The notes beneath the pieces were generated by a model that worked only from the letters and a program-made list of their open reading frames with translations, had not been told where the DNA came from and did not search any database. Below, one piece after another: positions 1 to 6,863 of a stretch of DNA of 10,091 bases. Position 1 is the stretch's first letter. Every line of letters begins with the position of its first letter. Both the position numbers and the translations under genes were made by a program. Origin of the DNA: a bacterium (lineage in GTDB: Bacteria > Sysuimicrobiota > Sysuimicrobiia > Sysuimicrobiales > Humicultoraceae); the NCBI GenBank assembly GCA_041497675.1, contig JBGQGY010000125.1, forward strand, positions 1 to 10,091. The letters run 5' to 3'.

Positions 1-408
1 GAAGACGCGTTTGCCCTGCTCGAGATCCTGCGCGGGCTGATGTGGGATAAGGTCGGGGTGGTCCGCGAGGAACGCGCGCTGAAGGACGCCGCGTCGGCTC
101 TGGGCGATCTGCGTGAGCGCACCGGCCGGGTGAGGGCGCACAGCCGGCCCCAGGCGAACCTCGAGTGGGGACAGGCGCTAAATTTACGGAACATGGTCAC
201 GACGTCTGAACTCATCACCCACGCGGCGCTTCGGCGCACGGAGAGCCGCGCCTCTCACTACCGTACCGATCATCCAAAGCAGGACGACGAGCACTGGCTG
301 CAGCACATCGTGATGACGCGAGGCGCCGATGGTCCGGTGGTGTCGACACGGCCGGTGCGGATGACGCGCATGCGCCCCGAGCCGGTCCTGACCGAGGCGG
401 AGCGTTGA
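1..408 (+). CDS. sdhA: Succinate dehydrogenase/fumarate reductase-type flavoprotein subunit, C-terminal fragment (5' truncated by window)
   Basis: Frame is open from base 1 (EDAFALLEILRGLMWDKVGVVR...). It has the family C-terminal helical-domain pattern L..LMW..VG..R and AALRRTESRASHYRTDHP..DD..W (canonical form R.ESRGAH.R.D.P). It lies directly upstream of an SdhB-type gene. SdhA, FrdA or a paralog cannot be distinguished from this fragment. Confidence 0.85.
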   Translation, partial: EDAFALLEILRGLMWDKVGVVREERALKDAASALGDLRERTGRVRAHSRPQANLEWGQALNLRNMVTTSELITHAALRRTESRASHYRTDHPKQDDEHWLQHIVMTRGADGPVVSTRPVRMTRMRPEPVLTEAER

Positions 409-1142
409 CGCGCGCCCGCCGGTTTCGCGTGGCCCGGGACGGCGATGGCGCGTCCCAGCGTCACCAGTCCTACGACGTCCCCGAGGAAGACCGGATGACG
501 GTGTTGGACGGCCTCCTGTACATCCAGCGCCATCTCGATCGTACGCTGACGTTTCGGTTCAACTGCCGGGCGGGGATGTGCGGGTCCTGCGGCGTGCGGG
601 TGAACGGCACGGAGCGCCTGGCCTGCAGCACCCGGCTCTCGGCGGTGCCCGACTCGACCGTCACGGTGGATCCGCTGCGACACCTGCCGGTGATCCAGGA
701 CCTGATGGTCGATATGGAGCCGTTCTTCGACGCGTGGCGGGCGGTGCAACCGGCGTTCAAGCCCATGGCGGCCCCGAATGATACCAGCGAACCCGCGCGC
801 ATCGCGCCGGATGCGCCCGAGCGGCGCGCCATCGACCCGCACCGCGAATGTATCTCGTGCGGCATCTGCTACTCTGCCTGCGACGTCGTCAGTCTCTCGC
901 CTGGATTCCTCGGCCCCGCCGCGATGACGCGGGCGTTCTGTCTGGTGCATGACTCGCGTGGCGCGGACGCCGACGCGCGCCTTGAGATTCTTGACAGCGA
1001 ACGCGGGTGCTGGAGGTGTCACACACACGGCACCTGCGCGAACCTGTGTCCTAAGGGTCTCGACCCCACGCTGGCGATCGAAGAGATCAAACGGATGCTC
1101 GCCCGGCGTGCGGTGAAGAACCTCTTCGGCGCGCGGGCCTAG
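405..1142 (+). CDS. sdhB: Succinate dehydrogenase/fumarate reductase iron-sulfur subunit
   Basis: MTVLDGL.YI motif; [2Fe-2S] motif CRAGMCGSC-x11-C (ending LAC); CISCGICYSAC; FLGPAA; WRCHTHGTCANLCPKG ([3Fe-4S]-type CxxxxxCxxxCP). TTG start overlaps the upstream TGA (TTGA 405-408), with GAGG just upstream. Confidence 0.93.
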   Translation: MTRARRFRVARDGDGASQRHQSYDVPEEDRMTVLDGLLYIQRHLDRTLTFRFNCRAGMCGSCGVRVNGTERLACSTRLSAVPDSTVTVDPLRHLPVIQDLMVDMEPFFDAWRAVQPAFKPMAAPNDTSEPARIAPDAPERRAIDPHRECISCGICYSACDVVSLSPGFLGPAAMTRAFCLVHDSRGADADARLEILDSERGCWRCHTHGTCANLCPKGLDPTLAIEEIKRMLARRAVKNLFGARA

Positions 1143-1150
1143 AGGCGCAG

Positions 1151-1528
1151 ATGCACGGGGTATCGCCGGAGACGCGCATGCGGGCCTATGCCGAATTGTG
1201 GCCGGCGCATCCTCGTTGGGGCATCTGGGCCTGGTGGGCGCAACGGGTCAGCGGCGTCGCGCTGATCGTCTATGCGGCGTGGCACATCATCACCGTGGCT
1301 GGTGCGGCGCGCCATCCGGAGCGTCTCGCGGCCATGCTCCAACTGCTCCGGCATCCGGTCATCGCCGGTCTCCTGCTCGCCGGCGTGGCCTATCACTCCG
1401 CGAACGGCGTCCGGTTGGTCTTGTTCGATCTAGGGGTTGAGGGCATGCGTGAGCGGAAGGCCTTCTGGGCATTTCTCGCGGCATCGGTGCTGATCGCACT
1501 GGCGGGATTCTCACGCGTGGTCTTGTGA
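1151..1528 (+). CDS. sdhC: Succinate dehydrogenase cytochrome b556 membrane anchor subunit C
   Basis: 125 aa with three hydrophobic segments. WAWWAQRVSG...WH and YHSANGVRLVLFD match the SdhC pattern (H/Q)RxSG...H...HxxNGxRxxxxD. GAGG precedes the ATG. Confidence 0.85.
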   Translation: MHGVSPETRMRAYAELWPAHPRWGIWAWWAQRVSGVALIVYAAWHIITVAGAARHPERLAAMLQLLRHPVIAGLLLAGVAYHSANGVRLVLFDLGVEGMRERKAFWAFLAASVLIALAGFSRVVL

Positions 1529-1827
1529 ACGCGTTTCTCTGGCTGCTCCAGCGCGCCAGTGGTCTCGTTCTGATCGCGTTCGTCGGACTGCATGTCGGCG
1601 TGCAATACGGTTTTTGGGGATCCCCGTTCCGGCGACCGGTGCTGATCGGGATCGACTGGGCGATGCTCGCGCTTGTCCTCTATCACGGGGTCAACGGCCT
1701 GCGCACGATCGCGTATGACTATGTCAGCCACCCGCCCGCGCAGCGGCTGGTCAGCAGTATCCTCTGGATCGCCGGTCTCGTGCTGTTTGTCTACGGAAGC
1801 TGGGGCCTCTCGGCGGTGAGCCGATGA
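1525..1827 (+). CDS. sdhD: Succinate dehydrogenase hydrophobic membrane anchor subunit D
   Basis: 100 aa with three hydrophobic segments. WLLQRASG...LH and YHGVNGLRTIAYDY (HxxxGxxxxxxDY) are the SdhD signature. GTGA overlap with the sdhC stop. Confidence 0.85.
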   Translation: MNAFLWLLQRASGLVLIAFVGLHVGVQYGFWGSPFRRPVLIGIDWAMLALVLYHGVNGLRTIAYDYVSHPPAQRLVSSILWIAGLVLFVYGSWGLSAVSR

Positions 1828-2873
1828 CGCAAACGCCTCTCTACCGGGCCGGCATCATCGGCTGCGGCCGCATCGCGGATACCATCGAGGACGAGCTCGT
1901 CAAGGCGCCTGCCTGGAGCCTGCTTCCCTATTCGCACGCCGGAGCGTATCAGCGCTGTCCACGCACGCAGCTCGTCGCCGCGGCCGACCTCAATCGTGAG
2001 CGGCTCGAGACGTTTGGCCGGCGGCGAGGTGTCGAGCATCTCTACGCCGACTATCGGGAGATGCTCGACCGGGAATCCCTCGACATCGTCAGCATCTGCG
2101 TGCCGACGCGGGCGCATGCGGCGGTCGCGCTCGACGTGGCGCAGCGGCCGGTCAAGGGGATCTATCTCGAAAAGCCCATCGCCCAGAGTCTTGGCGACGC
2201 CGATCTGATGATTACCGCGTTTCATTCACGTGGGATCAAGGTCGCAGTGAACCACATGCGCACGTGGGATCCGACGTATGGGGCGGTGCGGCGACTCATG
2301 GCCGGCGGCGCCATTGGGTCGATGCGACTGGTCGTGGCGCACTTCCGCGAAGGCGCGTTGTTCGGCGGGACACATTTGTACGATCTCGTACGATCGTTGC
2401 TCGGCGCGGAACCGGAATGGGTGTTTGGAGAGCTGGAATCCAGCGCGGGAACGTTCGACCCGGGAGCGCGGGGGATCATCGGGTTTCCCAACGGGGTGCG
2501 CGTCTACCTAAACTGTTCCGAGGACCCCCTGCAGTTCGAAATGGATCTGATCGGCACGGAAGGCCGCATTCGAATTGGGAACGGTATGTACCCCGAACTA
2601 TGGCAGGTCGACCGGTCGGGGCCGCAGCGGATGCTTGTCCGCCGCGGGTTCCCCGGTGTCCACGACGGCCGCAGCGGGATGTTGCGGGCCGTGGAGGACC
2701 TGATCGCGGCGATCGAGACCGGCAGCAAACCGGCATCGAACGAGATCGACGCGCGCGCGGATCTGGAGATCGCGGTGGCCCTGCACCTGTCCCACCGCAG
2801 CGGGGAGCGGGTGCGACTCCCCGTGACGGACCCCAACTACGTGATCGAGGATCCCTGGGGTCGAGACAGCTAG
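1824..2873 (+). CDS. Gfo/Idh/MocA family NAD(P)-dependent oxidoreductase
   Basis: N-terminal Rossmann motif AGIIGCGRIA, YADYREML...LDIVSI..P...H, EKP motif, GTHLYD, and C-terminal S..SGERVRLP. ATGA overlap with the sdhD stop. Confidence 0.9.
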   Translation: MTQTPLYRAGIIGCGRIADTIEDELVKAPAWSLLPYSHAGAYQRCPRTQLVAAADLNRERLETFGRRRGVEHLYADYREMLDRESLDIVSICVPTRAHAAVALDVAQRPVKGIYLEKPIAQSLGDADLMITAFHSRGIKVAVNHMRTWDPTYGAVRRLMAGGAIGSMRLVVAHFREGALFGGTHLYDLVRSLLGAEPEWVFGELESSAGTFDPGARGIIGFPNGVRVYLNCSEDPLQFEMDLIGTEGRIRIGNGMYPELWQVDRSGPQRMLVRRGFPGVHDGRSGMLRAVEDLIAAIETGSKPASNEIDARADLEIAVALHLSHRSGERVRLPVTDPNYVIEDPWGRDS

Positions 2874-3100
2874 ACACGGCCGCGGTCGTGGCCGGCACAG
2901 CCCCCTTCTTATTCATAGTTAACCCACAACACTTGATATGGTCCCAGCGTGTAATGCTGCCGGCGCAGCCCCGAGCCGGGCTTCCTCAAGTGGAAGGGGA
3001 TGAAAGTCACTCCGGACGGCGATTTCGCCGCCCTCCGTAAGTTTCGTAGGTGCGCGCTTTACTGAAACACGCTCCAGATGCGGCGTTCGGCAATTCTGAA

Positions 3101-3118
3101 GTTATGATTGTTATAACA
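3101..3118. promoter_or_regulatory. Candidate transcription-factor operator / -10 region in the convergent spacer
   Basis: Perfect 10-bp palindrome TGTTATAACA (3109-3118) overlaps the inverted repeat GTTAT-N7-ATAAC (3101-3117). TATGAT at 3103-3108 is -10-like. The patch is AT-rich against a high-GC background. Confidence 0.35.
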
Positions 3119-3334
3119 CGTGCCCTTCCCGATAGGGGATACGCGTAACATCGGCTCCTGGGCAAGCCGCGCGTCTGGTGGCCCTGAGGAGGATCGTGGG
3201 TGGGCCGGGTGCCCGAGCGCCCTTCCACTAGGCCATCGACGCTGAGGTCCTGAGACGGCGGGCACTACCACCCTCTGACGAAAATGAGGACACGGTGCCA
3301 TCCTGGTTGGCCCAACTCGCCGTTGTTGGCGTCC

Positions 3335-4912
3335 CTAGCGCTTCAACCACACGTCGACGAAGTGCGTGTGTTGGCGGACGTCCGGTTTGAACCCTTGCAC
3401 ACTCGGCGCCGCCCCGTAGAGGATCGGCCGCTCGTTCAAGATGAACCCCGGTGCCTCCCACTGCGCGATCATCTGCGCGTGGAAGTACACGCGCTTGCGC
3501 GCATCCTGATTGACGTTTGCGCGCCCCTGGTCCATCTGTCTCTCGAACAGATCGTGCCGCCACCCAATGGCTTTCCCGTTGACGCGCTGGCTTGAGAACT
3601 GCTCGCCCAGCATCGAGTCGGGGTCGTACCGCGGGATCACGCCCGTCAGACCCAACTGAAAATCGCGCTGCACCAGCACCTGGTTCACCCAGATGCCGAT
3701 CTCCTGCGGGAAGAGATCGATCTTGATGCCGATCTCGGCCATGTTCGCCTGAAAGACCTGCGCCAGAGTGAAGAACTCGGCCCGGCTGGTCAGGTGCTTG
3801 AGTTGCAGCGAGAGCCCGCCGCTCTGCCCCGCCTCGCTCATGAGCTTTTTCGCCCGGTTCACGTCGCGCTCGTTGAACGAGACCGACTCCGGGTTGAACG
3901 CCCAGTGTTTGGGTGGGATGGCGTTGGACTTGAGCGTGCCCTTGCCAAAGGTGACTTCGAGCAGCGCCTTGCGGTCGATGGCAAAATTGATGGCCTGCCG
4001 GATCTTGACGTTGTCCAGCGGCGGGCGGTCGGCGCGTGTCAGCATATAGTAACTCGACGGCGACACGCCCGGCGGGATGCTGTGCACGGTGATCTTCCCG
4101 CCGCGCTCGACGTCCCTAACCCGCGGCAGCGGCACCGTGTCGGTGAACTCAACCTGTCCCGTCTCCAGCAGGATGATCTTCTGATTCTCGTCGGGCGTGG
4201 GCATGAACACGAGTTCGTCGAGAAAGGGCCGTCCCTCGCGATAGTAGCCGGGGAACTTCTTCAACCTGACGTGACGCAGACGCACCCACTCCACGAACTG
4301 GAAGGGCCCCGAACCCACAGGGTTGCGGGCGTCGAAGTTTCGCGGGACGATCTTCATATCGCTGATATCCATGAGAAACGCCGCGTTTGGTCCTTTCAGC
4401 CTAAACCGAATCGTCTGGGGATCCAGGACGTCCATGGACGCGATCTGCTCGACGATCGATCGGGTCTGCCCCTGCCCATCGGGCCCTAGGATGCGCTCGG
4501 CGGTGGATTTGACTGCGTCGGCCGTGATCGGGCTGCCGTCATGGAACCGCACGCCCCGGCGCAGTTTGAAGGTGTAGGTCGAGGCGTTTGGCGACTCCCA
4601 CGATTCAGCCAGCGCGCCGCGCGGACCGTCGGTGAAGTCGTCATCGAGCAGCCCATCGAACAACGCGTCCTTCACGTCGGAGTCGAACAGCGTGCGTGAC
4701 TGGTGTGGATCGAGCGTGGTGGGTTCAGCGCCGAGCGTCGTGCGCAGGACCCCGCCTGTGCTCGGCTTCGCCGGTGCCTGAGCGGGACTCGGCGCGGGCG
4801 CGCCCGAGACAGGCACCGCGAACCGCAGCAGGCTCCCCGACGCCGCCAGGGCCGCCGCCCCCGCCACAAACTCTCTCCGGGTCATCCGCTTGCCGGTTCG
4901 TCGGCGTGCCAT
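3335..4912 (-). CDS. ABC transporter substrate-binding protein, family 5 (DppA/OppA/NikA-like), with twin-arginine signal peptide
   Basis: TRREFV Tat motif plus hydrophobic h-region and Pro/Ala linker; EPTTLDPH; LAESWE...YTFKLRRGVRFHDG; PVGSGPF; PLDNVKIRQAINFAIDR. GGGGGTGA SD lies 6 nt before the ATG. Confidence 0.93.
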   Translation of the reverse strand: MARRRTGKRMTRREFVAGAAALAASGSLLRFAVPVSGAPAPSPAQAPAKPSTGGVLRTTLGAEPTTLDPHQSRTLFDSDVKDALFDGLLDDDFTDGPRGALAESWESPNASTYTFKLRRGVRFHDGSPITADAVKSTAERILGPDGQGQTRSIVEQIASMDVLDPQTIRFRLKGPNAAFLMDISDMKIVPRNFDARNPVGSGPFQFVEWVRLRHVRLKKFPGYYREGRPFLDELVFMPTPDENQKIILLETGQVEFTDTVPLPRVRDVERGGKITVHSIPPGVSPSSYYMLTRADRPPLDNVKIRQAINFAIDRKALLEVTFGKGTLKSNAIPPKHWAFNPESVSFNERDVNRAKKLMSEAGQSGGLSLQLKHLTSRAEFFTLAQVFQANMAEIGIKIDLFPQEIGIWVNQVLVQRDFQLGLTGVIPRYDPDSMLGEQFSSQRVNGKAIGWRHDLFERQMDQGRANVNQDARKRVYFHAQMIAQWEAPGFILNERPILYGAAPSVQGFKPDVRQHTHFVDVWLKR

Positions 4913-4938
4913 AGGATGTCACCCCCGGGCAGATTCCT

Positions 4939-5802
4939 TCATCCTCGCGTGTGGTACTCCTGTCCGGCGGAACGCTGCCCGCGCAACCTCGGGTCCAGCA
5001 CATCACGCAGGCCGTCGCCCAACAGGTTGAGGCCGAGCACGGCCACGAGGATCGCGCCGCCGGAGGCCACCGAATACCACGGCGTCTGGTCCAGATATTT
5101 TCTTCCGGTGTCCAGCATCGCGCCCCACGACGGCGTCGGCGGCAGGACGCCCAGGCCGAGGAACGACAGCGCCGCTTCAGTCAGGATGGCGTTCGCGAAG
5201 CTCACGGAGATCTGCACCAGCAGCGGCGAGAGATGATTCGGGAGCAGGACGCGGGCGAGAACGTACCTATCGGTCGCACCCGAGGCCCGTGCGGCCTCAA
5301 CGAACTCGCGCTCCTTGAGTGATAGCGCGCTCGCCTGCGCGAGCCGGGCGAATGACGGAATGAACACGATGCCGATAGCAATGGCCGCGTTGACCAGGCT
5401 GGGTCCGAGCGTGGCGATCAAGGCCATCGCGAGGATGATGGCCGGGAAGGCCAGCAGCCCATCGACGCCACGCATGATCATGATACCGGGGAACCCGCCG
5501 TAGTATCCGGCTAGGAGCCCGAGCGCCGTCCCGAGGGTGGCCGCGATCCCGACCGCGATCACGCCGACGCTCAGCGACGCGCGGGCGCCGAAGATGATGC
5601 GGCTCAAGACGTCGCGCCCAATCTCATCGGTGCCAAAGAGGTGCTGCGCGCTCGGGAGCTGGAGCCGCTCGCTCACGCGCACAGCCAGCGGATCGTAGGG
5701 CGCGAGCCTGGGGGCCAGGATCGCCGACGCGAGCACCACCCCAAATAAGACGGCGCCGGCCAGCGCGGCCCGATCCCGAATGAGCGCGAGCAGCGCGTTC
5801 AC
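4939..5802 (-). CDS. ABC transporter permease, DppC/OppC type
   Basis: APYDP, HLFGTDEIGRDVLSRII.GAR.SL, EFVEAARASGA (EAA loop), EAALSFLGLG..PP.PSWG.ML, NLLGDGLRDVLDPR. The start is placed at GTG 5802, overlapping the upstream TGA (GTGA), rather than at 6324 as in the ORF track. Confidence 0.92.
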   Translation of the reverse strand: MNALLALIRDRAALAGAVLFGVVLASAILAPRLAPYDPLAVRVSERLQLPSAQHLFGTDEIGRDVLSRIIFGARASLSVGVIAVGIAATLGTALGLLAGYYGGFPGIMIMRGVDGLLAFPAIILAMALIATLGPSLVNAAIAIGIVFIPSFARLAQASALSLKEREFVEAARASGATDRYVLARVLLPNHLSPLLVQISVSFANAILTEAALSFLGLGVLPPTPSWGAMLDTGRKYLDQTPWYSVASGGAILVAVLGLNLLGDGLRDVLDPRLRGQRSAGQEYHTRG

Positions 5803-6743
5803 GCGTAGCGAATCCGCGGGTCGAGGGCGGCGTAGGCAACGTCGACTAGGAGGTTGATCGTGACGAAGCCGGTGGCAATCAGGAGCACGGCCCCCTGCAC
5901 GACGGCGTAGTCGCGGTGGACGATCGACTGCACCATCAGCCAGCCGACCCCCGGCCACGAAAAGATCTGCTCGACGACGACGAGCCCACCGAGCAGGTTT
6001 CCGAACTCGAGACCCGCAACCGTGATAAACGGGATCAGCGCATTCTTCAGCGCATGATGGAGCACGACAACACGGTGGGCCAGCCCCTTTGCGTGGGCGG
6101 TTCGGACGTAATCCTGCGCGAGAATCTCGAGCAGACTCGAGCGCAGGAACCGCATCTGCACCGCGGCGAGTGTCAGGGCCACGGACAGCGCGGGAAGCGT
6201 GGCAAAGCGCAAATTCGCCGCCAGGTGCTCGCTGAGCGGCACATAACCGGCCGGCGGGAATACACGCCAGTGCACGGCGAGGAACAGGATCAGGAGCACC
6301 GCCAGCCAATAGCGCGGGACACAAAAACCAATCATGGCCCCCAGCCGCGTGACATGGTCCATCCAGGAGCCGCGTCGCAGCGCGCTGAGAATGCCCACGG
6401 GGATCGAGAGCAAGAGGCTCAATCCCATGCCGAGGGCCGCCAGCTCGAGGGTGGCGGGGAACTTCTCGATCACAAGCGAGAACACACCCTGGCGGTTGAT
6501 CTGCGACTCGCCCAGATCGGCCTGAACCGCGTGGCTCAACCAGAGCAGATACTGGACGTACACTGGTTTGTCCAATCCCATCACGCGGCGTAGACGGGCC
6601 ACGGACTCGGCGTCGGCCGCCTCCCCCAGGCGCGCGACGGCGGCATCCCCCGGGATGACGCGGAACACGAAGAAGACGATGGCCGACACGAACAGGAGGA
6701 CGGGAAGCAACTGCAGGAGGCGACGAGCGATGTACGCTGTCAT
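5799..6743 (-). CDS. ABC transporter permease, DppB/OppB type
   Basis: YIARRLL, PGD, GLDKP..VQY, DLG.S, PATLELA, DYVRTA.AKGL (EAA-like), HALKNALIP, VVEQIFSWPGVG, RDY.VVQG, DVAYAALDPRIR. Confidence 0.93.
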   Translation of the reverse strand: MTAYIARRLLQLLPVLLFVSAIVFFVFRVIPGDAAVARLGEAADAESVARLRRVMGLDKPVYVQYLLWLSHAVQADLGESQINRQGVFSLVIEKFPATLELAALGMGLSLLLSIPVGILSALRRGSWMDHVTRLGAMIGFCVPRYWLAVLLILFLAVHWRVFPPAGYVPLSEHLAANLRFATLPALSVALTLAAVQMRFLRSSLLEILAQDYVRTAHAKGLAHRVVVLHHALKNALIPFITVAGLEFGNLLGGLVVVEQIFSWPGVGWLMVQSIVHRDYAVVQGAVLLIATGFVTINLLVDVAYAALDPRIRYA

Positions 6744-6794
6744 CGGCGGGGCCAGACCAGCGGCGTCGAGCGCTTTCTGAACACGGTTAGTTGC

Positions 6795-6824
6795 AGTCTA
6801 CCGGGAGCGTCGTCGGCATGACAA
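6795..6824 (-). promoter_or_regulatory. Putative sigma70-type promoter for the ABC cassette
   Basis: On the - strand: TTGTCA (6824-6819), 18-nt spacer, TAGACT (6800-6795), about 50 nt upstream of the permease ATG at 6743. Confidence 0.5.
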
Positions 6825-6838
6825 TAGCCCCAGTGTCA
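6819..6838. promoter_or_regulatory. Candidate operator, inverted repeat TGACA-N10-TGTCA, in the divergent intergenic region
   Basis: TGACA at 6819-6823 and TGTCA at 6834-6838. The left half coincides with the putative -35 of the ABC cassette promoter. Confidence 0.4.
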
Positions 6839-6863
6839 CGAATCCAACCCCATCGGAGGCGTC

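Noticed and set aside
270..1028. 252-aa - strand ORF, and similar long antisense or alternate-frame ORFs (2264..3040, 3794..4489, 5916..6593, 7580..8371, 8482..9126)
   Set aside because: These are shadow ORFs over well-supported genes, expected in high-GC DNA, with no recognisable motifs.
3000..3065. 21-codon ORF MKVTPDGDFAALRKFRRCALY after GGAAGGGG
   Set aside because: The purine tract abuts the ATG, no homology is recognised, and an ORF of this length is expected by chance.
3160..3215. GGGCAAGCC...GCCGGGTGCCC superficially resembles a c-di-GMP-I riboswitch
   Set aside because: It lacks the GNRA-capped P2 stem and the GACGCAAAGC junction.
3184..3283. Hammerhead-like core words CTGAGGA (3184-3190), CTGACGA (3275-3281) and GAAA (3280-3283)
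   Set aside because: No stem II can be formed between a CUGANGA and the GAAA, and I found no stems I/III.
3306..3329. GTTGG/CCAAC/GTTGG short inverted repeats just after the binding-protein stop, and the hairpin at 2875-2890 after the oxidoreductase stop, as terminators
   Set aside because: The stems are short or imperfect and have no adjacent U-tract, so they are not supportable as intrinsic terminators.
2874..3334. CRISPR array, tRNA or IS/MITE in the long spacer
   Set aside because: I saw no regularly spaced direct repeats, no cloverleaf with T/D-loop consensus, and no terminal inverted repeats with target duplication or transposase fragment.
5803..6324. 174-aa N-terminal extension of the DppC-type permease in the ORF track (4939..6324)
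   Set aside because: It overlaps the DppB-type gene in another frame and is low-complexity Arg/Ala/Pro-rich. Family similarity starts at GTG 5802, which forms a standard GTGA overlap.
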